Shown: piece after piece, positions 11,909 to 21,911 of the stretch
Numbering within the stretch: the stretch's first letter is position 1
Layout: every line of letters begins with the position of its first letter
Source: Candidatus Eiseniibacteriota bacterium
GTDB lineage: Bacteria > Eisenbacteria > RBG-16-71-46 > CAIMUX01 > VGJL01
Assembly: GCA_963792585.1 (NCBI GenBank)
Contig: CAWBWI010000003.1
Span: 544,001-608,000 of the forward strand
Direction of reading: 5' to 3'
DNA: 64,000 bases
Position numbers and translations under genes: made by a program
The notes under the pieces: model-generated
Databases searched by the model: none
What the model was told of the DNA's origin: nothing
The model's input: only the letters and a program-made list of their open reading frames with translations

Positions 11909-12835
11909 ATGTCGATCAGGCCGAGTCGCAAAGATCTCTTCTGGATGTCCTGGGGGATCGTCCTCCCGATCGTGATCACCCTTCTGGCGCTGCACTACCA
12001 CCGGCTGGAGGGGGACGCCGAGAGAGTTTCCCGCAGGGCGGCGCGAATCGAACTGGTGGGGCACCTGCGCGCCGGTCTCTCCTCGGCGTCCGAAGCCGAG
12101 AAGAGCGCCGTCATGGCCACGACCGACCAGGAGTCTCAAGCTTTCGCGGAGCGGACGCGGGAAACGATGATCGAGGTGGGGCAGAGGCGGGATGAACTGG
12201 CGAAGCTTCTGGAGGCGGATGGCACCCAAGGCGAGCGGGATCTTCTGTCTCAATTCTCCCAGGCTTTCGCCGAATGCGAACGGATCGACCTGGAGCTATT
12301 GGATCTGGCAGGCCAGAACACAAACCTAAAAGCCTACGACCTGGCCTTTGGTCCCGCGGCAGATGCGCTTGCGGAGATGGACGGCGCGCTCTCCCGCATT
12401 CTCGAGACGAACGCCGCCGCACCGGACGCAAGAGGAGTGATCCTGCCGGCTGCGGAGGCGCAAAGCGGAGCGTTGCGAATTCAAACCCTGCTCGCACCCC
12501 ACATCTCCGAAGAGGGTGACCCGAGGATGGATGACCTCGAGGCAAGGATGGCGACGGAAGATCAAAGGGTTCGATCGCGCTTGAGGTCCCTCGAAGCGGT
12601 TCTCGGGTCTAGGAATCCCGACCTCCGGATGGCCGTATCCGGCTACGATCGATTCACGGAGTTGAAGGGCCGGATCCTCGACCTTTCCCGTCAGAATACC
12701 AATGTCCGGTCCTTGGTCATCTCACTGAACCAGAAGCGGAAAGCGTCCCAGATGTGTCAAGATGCACTGGTCGCCCTGGAGTTGGCGATCCGCCAGGAGG
12801 CTCCGCCGAATCGGGAACCGGGGCGTTTTCGATAG
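11909..12835 (+). CDS. Membrane-anchored four-helix-bundle (MCP-type) sensor domain protein
   Basis: One N-terminal TM; AEKSAVMA and two internal L(A/S)xQNTN(L/V)(K/R) repeats. Confidence 0.65.
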   Translation: MSIRPSRKDLFWMSWGIVLPIVITLLALHYHRLEGDAERVSRRAARIELVGHLRAGLSSASEAEKSAVMATTDQESQAFAERTRETMIEVGQRRDELAKLLEADGTQGERDLLSQFSQAFAECERIDLELLDLAGQNTNLKAYDLAFGPAADALAEMDGALSRILETNAAAPDARGVILPAAEAQSGALRIQTLLAPHISEEGDPRMDDLEARMATEDQRVRSRLRSLEAVLGSRNPDLRMAVSGYDRFTELKGRILDLSRQNTNVRSLVISLNQKRKASQMCQDALVALELAIRQEAPPNREPGRFR

Positions 12836-12941
12836 GAACGGCGGTCGCGGCCTCGCGGCTTGAGTGTCGTGTCGATCGGGTTCAGGGCGCCGGTGGCGCC
12901 GTGCGGATCGGGTGGGAAACAGCGTGAGGGAGACAACCGGC

Positions 12942-13577
12942 ATGTCGCGACCGCGTTCTTGGGTCCACTTGGTCCTGGCCGCGGGACTCGCCCTCGGGGC
13001 GCTACAGATCGATCCATGCGCCGCGCGGGCGCTGTCCATCAGTCCCAAGGGACGCCATCTCGCGCGCGTCCTCGACGGTATGAACGTGGAGCAACGCTGG
13101 CTGCCGGGGGATGGCGTGAACTGGCGGACAGGGGAGCACGATCCGGCCGCGAGGGCGTTGAAGGGGCATTGCAGCGCTTTCGCCGCGGCGGTCTGCGCCG
13201 CGTTCGACCTCTATATCCTGAGGCCTCCCGACCACCGAGAGTGGCTCCTGGCGAATGCGCAGTGTGCCTGGCTGTTGGAGGAAGGGCCGCGCCACGGGTG
13301 GGCCCGCATCGATGACGGAGCGAGCGCGCAGCGTCTGGCGAACCGGGGCAACCTCGTGCTCGCCTGCTACAAGAACCGGGAACGCGACGACCCGGGACAC
13401 ATCGCGATCATCCGGCCGAGCGGCAAGAGCCTGAAGCGGATCAACCGTGACGGGCCGGACGTCACGCAGGCGGGGTCGCGCAATTATCGGCGCACCACCG
13501 CGCGCGTCGGATTCCGGCTTCACGCCAGAGCCTGGGATCGAGGAGAGATCGTCTACTACTGGCATCCGATTCCCTGA
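12942..13577 (+). CDS. Secreted protein with a probable Cys-His (CHAP/NlpC-P60-like) fold
   Basis: Signal peptide; GHCSAFAA and PGHIAII motifs. Confidence 0.55.
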   Translation: MSRPRSWVHLVLAAGLALGALQIDPCAARALSISPKGRHLARVLDGMNVEQRWLPGDGVNWRTGEHDPAARALKGHCSAFAAAVCAAFDLYILRPPDHREWLLANAQCAWLLEEGPRHGWARIDDGASAQRLANRGNLVLACYKNRERDDPGHIAIIRPSGKSLKRINRDGPDVTQAGSRNYRRTTARVGFRLHARAWDRGEIVYYWHPIP

Positions 13578-13604
13578 CGCCCGTCGACGGCCCGGAACGA
13601 TCCC

Positions 13605-16600
13605 CTACTTCAGGACGACCATCTTCTTGTTCGACACGAACTCCCCGGCCCGCAACTGGACCCAGTAGATCCCCGAGCCGACATGCTCTCTGCGGTCGTT
13701 CGTCCCGTCCCACACGACCGTATGGAGTCCGGCATCCTGCCGTCCGTCGACGAGGGTGCGGACGATCCTGCCGCCCACGTCGAAGACCACGACCTTCACC
13801 GCGCCTGCCCGGGCCGTACTATAGCGAATCGTGGTTCGCGGGTTGAACGGGTTGGGATCGTTCTGCCAGAGGCGATTGACCCGAAGATCCGCGGCATCTC
13901 CTGCGTCGGCGGGCAGACCCCACGTCGATTGGCATCGGGCTAGAGACTCCACGTTTGTGACCGTGGGGATCGCAACGTTCGACGGAGCGTCGTATGCCCA
14001 GCGGAGCGCCGGCCCCATCTCCGCCACGATTCCGGAGACGACGGATGGCAGATCCCGAGGGCAGCGATCCGATCCCTGCCCCGCTGCGTCGCGAGCCGTC
14101 ATGTGGTGCCAGCTTACGCCGTCCACGATCGATCGATAGTTGGCGTCGGCCGCCAGGTTCTCGTTCACGATCTGCCCGAAATCCATGGTCTTGGGTCCAT
14201 CCTCGCTCCAGTATCCGCGGTTCCCGCGCCCGGACCCCGTGGGAGAGAAGACGTTGAACGCAAAGCCGTTCGGGCAACCGTTGCCGAACGCATCCACAGC
14301 GACATCCGGACCGAACGCCGCACCCTCGGCGGGGAGGTATCGCAAGCAGTAGGACGTCTCGATCGGGCCGCAGTCGGGGTCGTCGGTCCATCCATTGAAC
14401 GCGTCGCAATAGAGCGCGGCTCCGAGCATGTCCTCCAGCAGCGGGCGCCCGTGCGCAGGTAGATTGCTGAGGGCCTGGCCGATCCCGTCGCCGTTCAGAA
14501 GGAGGGCCTGCCGGTTCGTGTTCGCGTCGCACTGCGGCGTCGTGAGCCAGTCCTGGAGGAGCGCGTGGTCGGAGTCGTTGGTCGCGCCTGAGGAGACCCC
14601 CGTGTTGAGCAGGATCGTCCGGTAGCCGACGATCTGCTGCAGGGTCATCCCGTTGTTGCTCCCCGCGATCGCGCCTCGGGCGAACGGCGCGGCCCAGTTC
14701 GAGTTTGCATCGGTGTAGTCGTAGCGATCCCACGCCCGGTCCGCCGGGATCGCGCACCCCAATGGATTCCCGCACGGCGCCTGTCCGTTGAGAATCGTCG
14801 CCAGCGCGTTCTCGATGAAGATCTGTGCGCCGGCGTTGTCGGCGTCGATGTAGAGGGTCGAAGGGATGAAAGCGCAGACGTTGAATCCGGTCCCCCCGCA
14901 ACCGGGCACGCTCGCGGTATGGATTCCGGGCAGGATCTCGAACTCGAGGAAGTTGCCTCCCGTCGTGTCCGGGAGGTAGTAGAGCGAGGTCGGCGTGTTT
15001 GCGTAATTCGATGTCAGGAAATACTCGATCCGGGTGCCGGGATAGAAGACGTCGTCCGGGAGCATCTCGTTCGCCGGGTTCGACTCGCCCGCGAAATTGT
15101 CGTCGTTTTCGCGGAAGGTGGACTGGAACCAGTCCCGGCGGACGTACGGCACGATCTGCACCGAATCCATCCATCCATAGGTGAACTCGGGTTTGTACGC
15201 GCGATCGATCGCGCGACCGTCCGCGACGCGGTCCCGCCAGAGCTTGTAGCGGGAGATGATACCGCCCTCATGGTCGGCGTTGAAGAGGGCGCGGCGCGCC
15301 ACGCGCCACCAGAGCCGGGCCTCCCACCGCGTGTTCGGATCGGTCTGCACCGGGAGCGGTCCGGTGACGACCAGGGTGTCTCCGCACACGCGCGAGTTCA
15401 GCGGATCATCCAGGTGCTTGTCGAACGTGACATTGGCCGCTCCGACGCCGCGGGGGTCAAAGCTCCCCGATGCGGACCCGACATCCTGGAAGGTCATCCC
15501 CGTGGCGAGTTGGACGACCGGTCCGATTCTGGCGGGCGTTGTGCCCACGGCGAGGTTATCGAAGAGTGGACTCGAATTCGTGTTTCCAAGACAGGGGTCG
15601 ATGGTGAAGCCGTTGCAGTCGGAGAGGAGTTCGATGACCGCCATCACTTTCTCAGAAGTCGGGGGGATCGGCTCGGAGTTCGACCCATCCGTAGCGGAAT
15701 AGCGCATGCGGAAACATTCCGGATCGGCTCCCATGAACTCGTATCGGCCTCCAACAGGTTGCGACCACTGGGTGATGCCGTGCACCGGACAGGTCCAGGG
15801 GTAATACCTCCATCGGATGCGGAACGTCACGCCGAGTTCGATCGGCATCGCCGCGAACACGTCGAAGTGTAAGAAGATGTTGTGCGCTTCTCCCGTCCCG
15901 ATGTCGCATATCGGGCTCTCGAGCCTTTCGTACTGGTAGTCCGGATGGAATCCGTCCGGGCAGGGGCCGGCGTGCAGTTCCAGGACGTTGCCGGAGAGCC
16001 GGCAGTCGCACGGGTCAATAAAGTCGTAGCACTCGAACGGAGCGATGCCGGCGAGGATCCCCACCCCGGGACATACGGATGGCGTCCATGGCTCGATGCC
16101 GTTCTCGAAGTCCTGCATCACATCGATCCCGCCGCCGTGGATCGTCACGTCGTCGGCGCCGAAGGGGCCCCAGGTTGTCGTGTAGTCGCCGTCCTCGTCC
16201 GACCAGCCGCCGTCGGAGATGAACTCGAAGACGAAGCGGATCGACTGCGCGCCGCCGATCTCCTCGGCAGTCACCTCGCGCGTGTAGGTGGCCGGGTTGT
16301 CGTAGCTGGCGATCGTGCCCGTGAACCCGCCCGACCATGGGAGGTTGTTCGTGCAGGTGCTCGGAGGGTAGGGATTGAGAAGCAGTTGCGAACCGTCGGC
16401 CCGACTCAGGTAGACCTGCGTGCCGTCGTAGCAGTCCTCGCTCTTGGTGAAGTACTTGAAGGAGAGCGAGACTTCGCCCGAACCGTCATAGGCGAGCGGT
16501 TGGGTCGTGACCCGCTGGCACCACCCGTTACCGTATCCGGCGCCGGCCTGCCAGCAGAGAGAGTCCGACTGAAGGTCGTCCGCGCCGATCCAGAGGCTTG

Positions 16601-17030
16601 CGGCGCCCGTGATGATCGGCGGCGGCACGCCCACGCCGAGATCGAGGGCGGCGTCGGCGATGCGGAACCAGGATCTCTGGTTCGTGCTCAGGTCGATGGA
16701 GCGCCACCCCTCACCCCCATCGATCCGGGATGGGTCGCCGAAGGGACCGATCCCGCGGTCGAAGGTCCACATCACGCTCTCTCGGCTCGGCCCCGACAGC
16801 GCATGGTACTCACCGTCGACCAGGGTGTAGCTACCGAACCATGTGGTGTCGTCCCTCGCCAAGGCGCGAGGGTCGCCCGGGTCCGGGAGATCGGTCGGGA
16901 TTCGGTGCGCCGAAGCTTGCCCGTACAAGAGGGGGCTGTTCGAGGCCCCGAGGGCTGCGGCGCTCGACATCATGAGTGAGATGAGACCAAGGAGACTCAC
17001 GCGCTGGAGACGGACGGTGATCACGTTCAT
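13605..17030 (-). CDS. Large secreted protein with C-terminal FlgD-Ig/T9SS-like sorting domain
   Basis: Signal peptide; C-terminus QNDPNPFNPRTTIRY...VWDGTND...SGIYWVQL...KKMVVLK; GGAGG RBS. Confidence 0.85.
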   Translation of the reverse strand: MNVITVRLQRVSLLGLISLMMSSAAALGASNSPLLYGQASAHRIPTDLPDPGDPRALARDDTTWFGSYTLVDGEYHALSGPSRESVMWTFDRGIGPFGDPSRIDGGEGWRSIDLSTNQRSWFRIADAALDLGVGVPPPIITGAASLWIGADDLQSDSLCWQAGAGYGNGWCQRVTTQPLAYDGSGEVSLSFKYFTKSEDCYDGTQVYLSRADGSQLLLNPYPPSTCTNNLPWSGGFTGTIASYDNPATYTREVTAEEIGGAQSIRFVFEFISDGGWSDEDGDYTTTWGPFGADDVTIHGGGIDVMQDFENGIEPWTPSVCPGVGILAGIAPFECYDFIDPCDCRLSGNVLELHAGPCPDGFHPDYQYERLESPICDIGTGEAHNIFLHFDVFAAMPIELGVTFRIRWRYYPWTCPVHGITQWSQPVGGRYEFMGADPECFRMRYSATDGSNSEPIPPTSEKVMAVIELLSDCNGFTIDPCLGNTNSSPLFDNLAVGTTPARIGPVVQLATGMTFQDVGSASGSFDPRGVGAANVTFDKHLDDPLNSRVCGDTLVVTGPLPVQTDPNTRWEARLWWRVARRALFNADHEGGIISRYKLWRDRVADGRAIDRAYKPEFTYGWMDSVQIVPYVRRDWFQSTFRENDDNFAGESNPANEMLPDDVFYPGTRIEYFLTSNYANTPTSLYYLPDTTGGNFLEFEILPGIHTASVPGCGGTGFNVCAFIPSTLYIDADNAGAQIFIENALATILNGQAPCGNPLGCAIPADRAWDRYDYTDANSNWAAPFARGAIAGSNNGMTLQQIVGYRTILLNTGVSSGATNDSDHALLQDWLTTPQCDANTNRQALLLNGDGIGQALSNLPAHGRPLLEDMLGAALYCDAFNGWTDDPDCGPIETSYCLRYLPAEGAAFGPDVAVDAFGNGCPNGFAFNVFSPTGSGRGNRGYWSEDGPKTMDFGQIVNENLAADANYRSIVDGVSWHHMTARDAAGQGSDRCPRDLPSVVSGIVAEMGPALRWAYDAPSNVAIPTVTNVESLARCQSTWGLPADAGDAADLRVNRLWQNDPNPFNPRTTIRYSTARAGAVKVVVFDVGGRIVRTLVDGRQDAGLHTVVWDGTNDRREHVGSGIYWVQLRAGEFVSNKKMVVLK

Positions 17031-17279
17031 GGGAATCGGCCTCCGTGTCCTGTCGTCCAAAGACCTGGCGTCGCTGATCCGAATCACGGAACACCGCATC
17101 GTCGACCCCGCCCGACGCAGCGCCCGTCCGCCTCAACCGGAGAGGGACCCATTCCGGCGCCGCCGCACGAGCATCGGTGCAGCTGTCGGGGTGACGGAGG
17201 AGAGGCCTCCGCTCACGCCGGCGTTCTGGATTCGCCGGTGCCAATGGTACGGTCGGGGCGCGTTCGAGTCAATCGCCCG

Positions 17280-17425
17280 CCATCCCTGCGCGCATCGGGT
17301 CGCGCACATGCGCGCAGCTGCGCGAGCCGCACCTGCGCATTGCAGTGGATCCCAATCGGATCCGCGAAGCGCCGCGTCTGGATCTCCCGCGCGGCGATCA
17401 CGCGGCGGACACTTGCCGAGGCATC
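17280..17425 (-). pseudogene. comM: comM/YifB 3' fragment (copy 1, degenerate)
   Basis: VIAAREIQTRRFADPIGIHCNAQ, aligns with copies at 23.8-24.1 kb and 32.2-32.65 kb. Confidence 0.85.
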
Positions 17426-17716
17426 TCCTGAGATAGACGGCGCATCTGAATCCAGGTGCGTGAGGTTCCCATCGTGAGCTGGGTCTGTGGGATACGGGAG
17501 TGTCAGGTCTGGAGAGAGAACGGTCGTGAGTCGATCAGGAAGCGATCATTTTGATATTCCGCGCGCGTCGCCACGATCCTCCGACCCCCGCACGGTCGAT
17601 TCTTCGTCCAGCATTGCGAGAAGATCCCTGAGCTAACCCTCACGCGGGTGGTAGGATCATTGCGTCAACTCAGAATGATTGACACGCATACACCACTTCG
17701 ATCGCCCCGGAGGAGC

Positions 17717-18517
17717 ATGGCAACCACTATCGCGATGAAGGCACTCCGGGCGCCGATCCGTACCGTCGGGCGCACCTTCGATTCTGTGGCGCGCCACGCC
17801 GGAGGGATGGCAATCCTCGTCTGGCGGATCGGCAATGCGATCATGCGCGGACACGTCTCATTTCGGGAGGTGGTGGCCCAGCTCTACTCCATAGGCGCCG
17901 GGAGCATTCCCCTCGTCTGTGTGACGGGGATCCTTTCCGGTCTCGTCACGTCGCAGCAGGGTGGCTACCAGTTCACCAGCGCGGTGCCCGCGTATGTGCT
18001 GGGTAGCGTCGTGACGGAGAGCATCATCCTGGAGCTGGGACCGGTCATGACCGCGTTCGTTCTCATCGGTAGGGTGGGCGCGCGGATCACGGCCGAGCTC
18101 GGCACGATGAAGGTCACGGAGCAGATCGATGCCCTGCTATCGCTGGGCCGCGACCCGGTGGCGGTGCTGGCCGCCCCCCGCGTAATCGCGGGGACGATCG
18201 CGATGCCCTTGCTCGTGGGGCTTGCGAACACGGTGGGAATCTTCTCGGGGCTCGTAGCCGCCCGCTCTACGGTCGGTCTCGGCCCCGAGTCGTTTCTCTA
18301 CGGGGCCCAGCTCTTCTGGCACAACTTCGATCTGCTCTACTCACTCTCCAAGGCGCTCGTGTTCGGCTTCATGATTCCGGTGATTTCTTGCTACATGGGC
18401 TTCCGCACCCGTGGGGGAGCCGAGGGCGTTGGCAGTGCTACCACCTCTTCCGTCGTCATCATGATCATCTCGGTGCTGGTCTTGGACGCCGTCTTCCCGC
18501 CTCTCTTCCTCAATTGA
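17717..18517 (+). CDS. mlaE: MlaE-family ABC permease
   Basis: ELGPVMTA, GRVGARITAELGTMKVTEQIDAL and GGAEGVGSATT motifs. Confidence 0.93.
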   Translation: MATTIAMKALRAPIRTVGRTFDSVARHAGGMAILVWRIGNAIMRGHVSFREVVAQLYSIGAGSIPLVCVTGILSGLVTSQQGGYQFTSAVPAYVLGSVVTESIILELGPVMTAFVLIGRVGARITAELGTMKVTEQIDALLSLGRDPVAVLAAPRVIAGTIAMPLLVGLANTVGIFSGLVAARSTVGLGPESFLYGAQLFWHNFDLLYSLSKALVFGFMIPVISCYMGFRTRGGAEGVGSATTSSVVIMIISVLVLDAVFPPLFLN

Positions 18518-18527
18518 TGAGTCGCGC

Positions 18528-19299
18528 ATGATCGAATACAGGGACATCTACAAAGCCTTCGACGTCCCGGTCCTCTCCGGCGTGAGTTTGCGGGTGGAGA
18601 CGGGACAATGTCTCGCAATCGTGGGCCCTTCGGGAACCGGGAAGAGCGTCCTCCTCAAGACCACGAACGGCCTCCTCCGTCCGGACCGGGGCGATGTCTT
18701 CATCGACGGCGAGTCGGTGTTCAACTCCGGACGGGAGGCGCTCGAGAAGATCCGCCGGAAGATCGGGTATGTCTTCCAGTACGCGGCCCTCTTCGACTCG
18801 ATGACGGTCTACGAGAACGTCTGCCAGGGGCTCGTCGACGGGGACGTGTGGCGAAATCGGTCGCCGGAGGTTCTGCTGAAAGTGTGCGATGCCCTCGAGG
18901 CCGTGAACCTCGAACCCGACCAGGTCCTCAACAAACAGCCGGCCGAACTCTCGGGCGGGATGCGGAAGCGGGTTGGCCTGGCCCGGGCCATCGTGGGTCG
19001 GCCCGAGATCGTGCTCTACGACGAGCCGGTGACCGGGCTCGATCCCGTCAACTCGGCGACCGTCAGTCTCCTCATGACCGCCATCCGGGAGCGGATGCAG
19101 GTCACCGCGATCGTGGTGACCCACGACATCGAGCAGGCCCTCGGGATCTCCGAACTGCATCGCGCTCCTCTCGCACGGGAAGCTTCGCTTCCTGGGAACG
19201 CCGGCGGAGTTCAAGGCGAGTCAGGATCCGGTTGTGCGCGCTTTCGCCGACCGCGGGGCCGCCACGGCCGCCGCCCTCAAGATCATGGAGGAATCGTGA
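18528..19299 (+). CDS. mlaF: MlaF-family ABC ATPase; frameshift near 19150
   Basis: GPSGTGKS Walker A, LSGGMRKR signature, LYDEP Walker B, VTHD. Confidence 0.92.
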
Positions 19300-20283
19300 C
19301 CAAAGAGAACCCCCCTCCCATTGCATCACCTCCTGGGACTCCCGTGAGCGACGAGAAAGCCGCTTCCCGCCCTGACGCCCTCGCGGTTCCGGGACCGTGA
19401 ACTGCGGGTGGGCATCTTCGTGATCCTGGGGGTGGCGGCCGTTCTGACCGCGCTGTTCACCCTCACCGACGCCGCTCTTTTCCGCGGGCGCTACATCATC
19501 CGGACCGTGGTGACGGACGCTGCGGGGATCCGGCGGGGCGATGCCGTCCAGATGCGCGGTGTGAACATCGGCCGGGTGACATCCTTCCGGATCTCACCGG
19601 AGGGTGTCGGTGTGAACCTGGAGATCGATAGTCAGTACCCGATTCCCTCGGATTCAAAGGTGGAGTTGCGCTGCGAGCAGTTTACTCGGGGGCATGGTTG
19701 CGAACGTCGATCCCAGGCGTCTCGCCCAAGAAGGCCCGCCGAGGCGTCGTTCTCCCGGGATCGGTCGAGAAGGGGATCTTCGATCAGATCGATGATCTGC
19801 AGGACTCGGCTGGCAAGGCGCTCGTCCGCGTCCAGAGCCTCCTCGACGACAAGACGATCCAGAATGTCCACGAGGGGGGCGACGACCTGCGAAAGCTGAT
19901 GCGGCAACTCAATGACGTGGCCACGGAACAGCGGGTCGAATTCGCGGCGCTCACCGGGAGCCTGCGCCAGTACGGCGGCGTCCCTCGAGAAGACGGCCAC
20001 CGGGCCGGAGATCGACCGCTCCGTGAAGCGGATCGACGTGGTCACCGCGAAACTGGACAGTATCGCCTCGGTCCTCGACCGCACGGCCCGTTCGTCGGAG
20101 AGCATCCTCGCGCGGATCGACAGGGGCGAGGGCTCGCTCGGCAAGCTCACCAAGGACGACGCCCTCTACGACAATGCCTCGGAGGCCGCGGCCACCATGA
20201 AGAAGGCGGCGGAGGAGTTCGAGCGCCTCGCGGCCGACGTTCGCGCAGATCCGAAGAAGTACCTCAAGCTGAGCGTGTTCTAG
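19296..20283 (+). CDS. mlaD: MlaD/MCE-family protein; several frameshifts
   Basis: AAGIRRGDAVQMRGVNIGRV MCE motif; GEGSLGKLTKDDALYDN and DPKKYLKLSVF tail. Confidence 0.85.
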
Positions 20284-20341
20284 ACGGAGGGACCGGAGCC
20301 TCGATTCGTCTCGGCGCGGCCGCGTCGCCTGTGAGGAAACG

Positions 20342-21832
20342 ATGACAAAGCGTGGCTGGTGGATCATCGGAGTCGTCGCGGTCTCGCGCGTTGGCCATTC
20401 TGCTCGGGTTGCGCTCGTGGTTCACCACGATCCACGTAGATGCCCCCGAGCCCTCGTCAACGGCCGACCTGGCGGAGACCCTTCCGCCGATGCCGCTGGC
20501 TCGGTTCTGATCGCTCCGATCGTCTTCGATCTCGGTCCGGCCATCGCCCAGTTCGAGGCGGACGTGCCCCGCCATTTCGGCTCGATGGACCGGCGGATCC
20601 GCGCCGACAGCAGCTCGCGCGCCTCGGTCGCATTCGCGGCGAGCCGCTCCCCGTTCCAGGTGCGCGTCGATGGAACCGAGATCGTCGTCGAGACGGTGCT
20701 CGAGTACGAGGGACGCGGCTGGTATGACCCGCCGCTCGCCCCGGAGGTGAGCGCCGGGTGCGGGGGAGGCGACGATCCCAAGCCCCGGCTGCGCGTGCGC
20801 GTCGTGAGCACCCCGTCGCTCACCCCCGAGTGGGGGCTGCGCACTCATACGCGCGCCGATGTCACGCGCTTCAGTGACGAGCCGCGCGACCAGTGCCAGG
20901 TGACCTTGCTGAAGATCGACGTCACCGGCAGGGTGGTCGATGCGGTGCGCGAAAGGATGACACGCGGTGGCGGCGCGCTTCGATCGGCACATCGAGCGAC
21001 GCGACATGCGCGGTCGGATCGAGCGCATCTGGAGCGAAGATGGAACGACCGATCCGGCTCACCGACGGTGTGTGGCTGCTGGTCCAGCCCGGCGCGGCGC
21101 AGCTGGCGTCGTTCAGCGGCGGCGGCGACAGCCTCGTCGCCGTCGTGCGCCTCGAGGCGCGGCCGAAGATCGTCACCGGGATGCGGCCGGAGGACAGCAC
21201 CCTCGTGACCCCCCTCCCGCCGCTCGGGACGACCGCCGACGCGCGACACCGGCGGCGAGCTTCATGTGGCTCTCGAGGGGATCTTCTCCTACGACGCCGC
21301 GACGGATCTGATGCGGAAGGAGCTGGTCGGAAAGGTGATCCGCATGGCGGGCGCCGCGTGCGGATCGAGGATGTGACGCTGCGCGGGATCGGGGGCGGAC
21401 GCGTCGCCCTCGGAGTCACCTTCAGCGGGGCGGTGCAGGGTCGCGTCTTCTTCACCGGGACCCCGCGTCTCGATCTGGCGAACGCGGCAACTCACGGTCC
21501 CCGATCTCGACTTCGACGTGGGGAGCACCGACCTGCTCGCGAGCGGCCTCTGGTGGTGGCACGGAGACGCGGTGCGCGACTTCCTTCGCGCGAAGGCGGC
21601 GATCCCGGACTCGGCTGCCCTCGCTGGGTTGGAGCGTCTGGCCGAACGCGGGATGAACCGGGATCTCGCCGACGGCGTGCGGCTGGAGGCGACTCTGAGC
21701 GGCTCGCGCGGAATGGCAGTGTGCGCGACGCGAGAGCACCTGGTCGTGCGCGCGCTGGCCGAGGGGCAGGCGCGGCTCGTCGTCGACCGCGTGCTGGGCA
21801 GGCTTCGGCGCCGACCCTCCGCCCGCCCGTGA
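20342..21832 (+). CDS. DUF4403-like protein; frameshifted
   Basis: Pieces in ORFs 20342-21208, 20893-21915 and 21518-21832 (CQVTLLKIDVTGRVV, PIRLTDGVWLLVQP, GRVFFTGTP). Confidence 0.65.
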
Positions 21833-21911
21833 GACGATCCGCGTTCAAGCCTCTGCCGGCCCGTGCTTCCGGGGCCGCACCCAAGCAGGGCATGTTGGCC
21901 ACGGATCGCGC

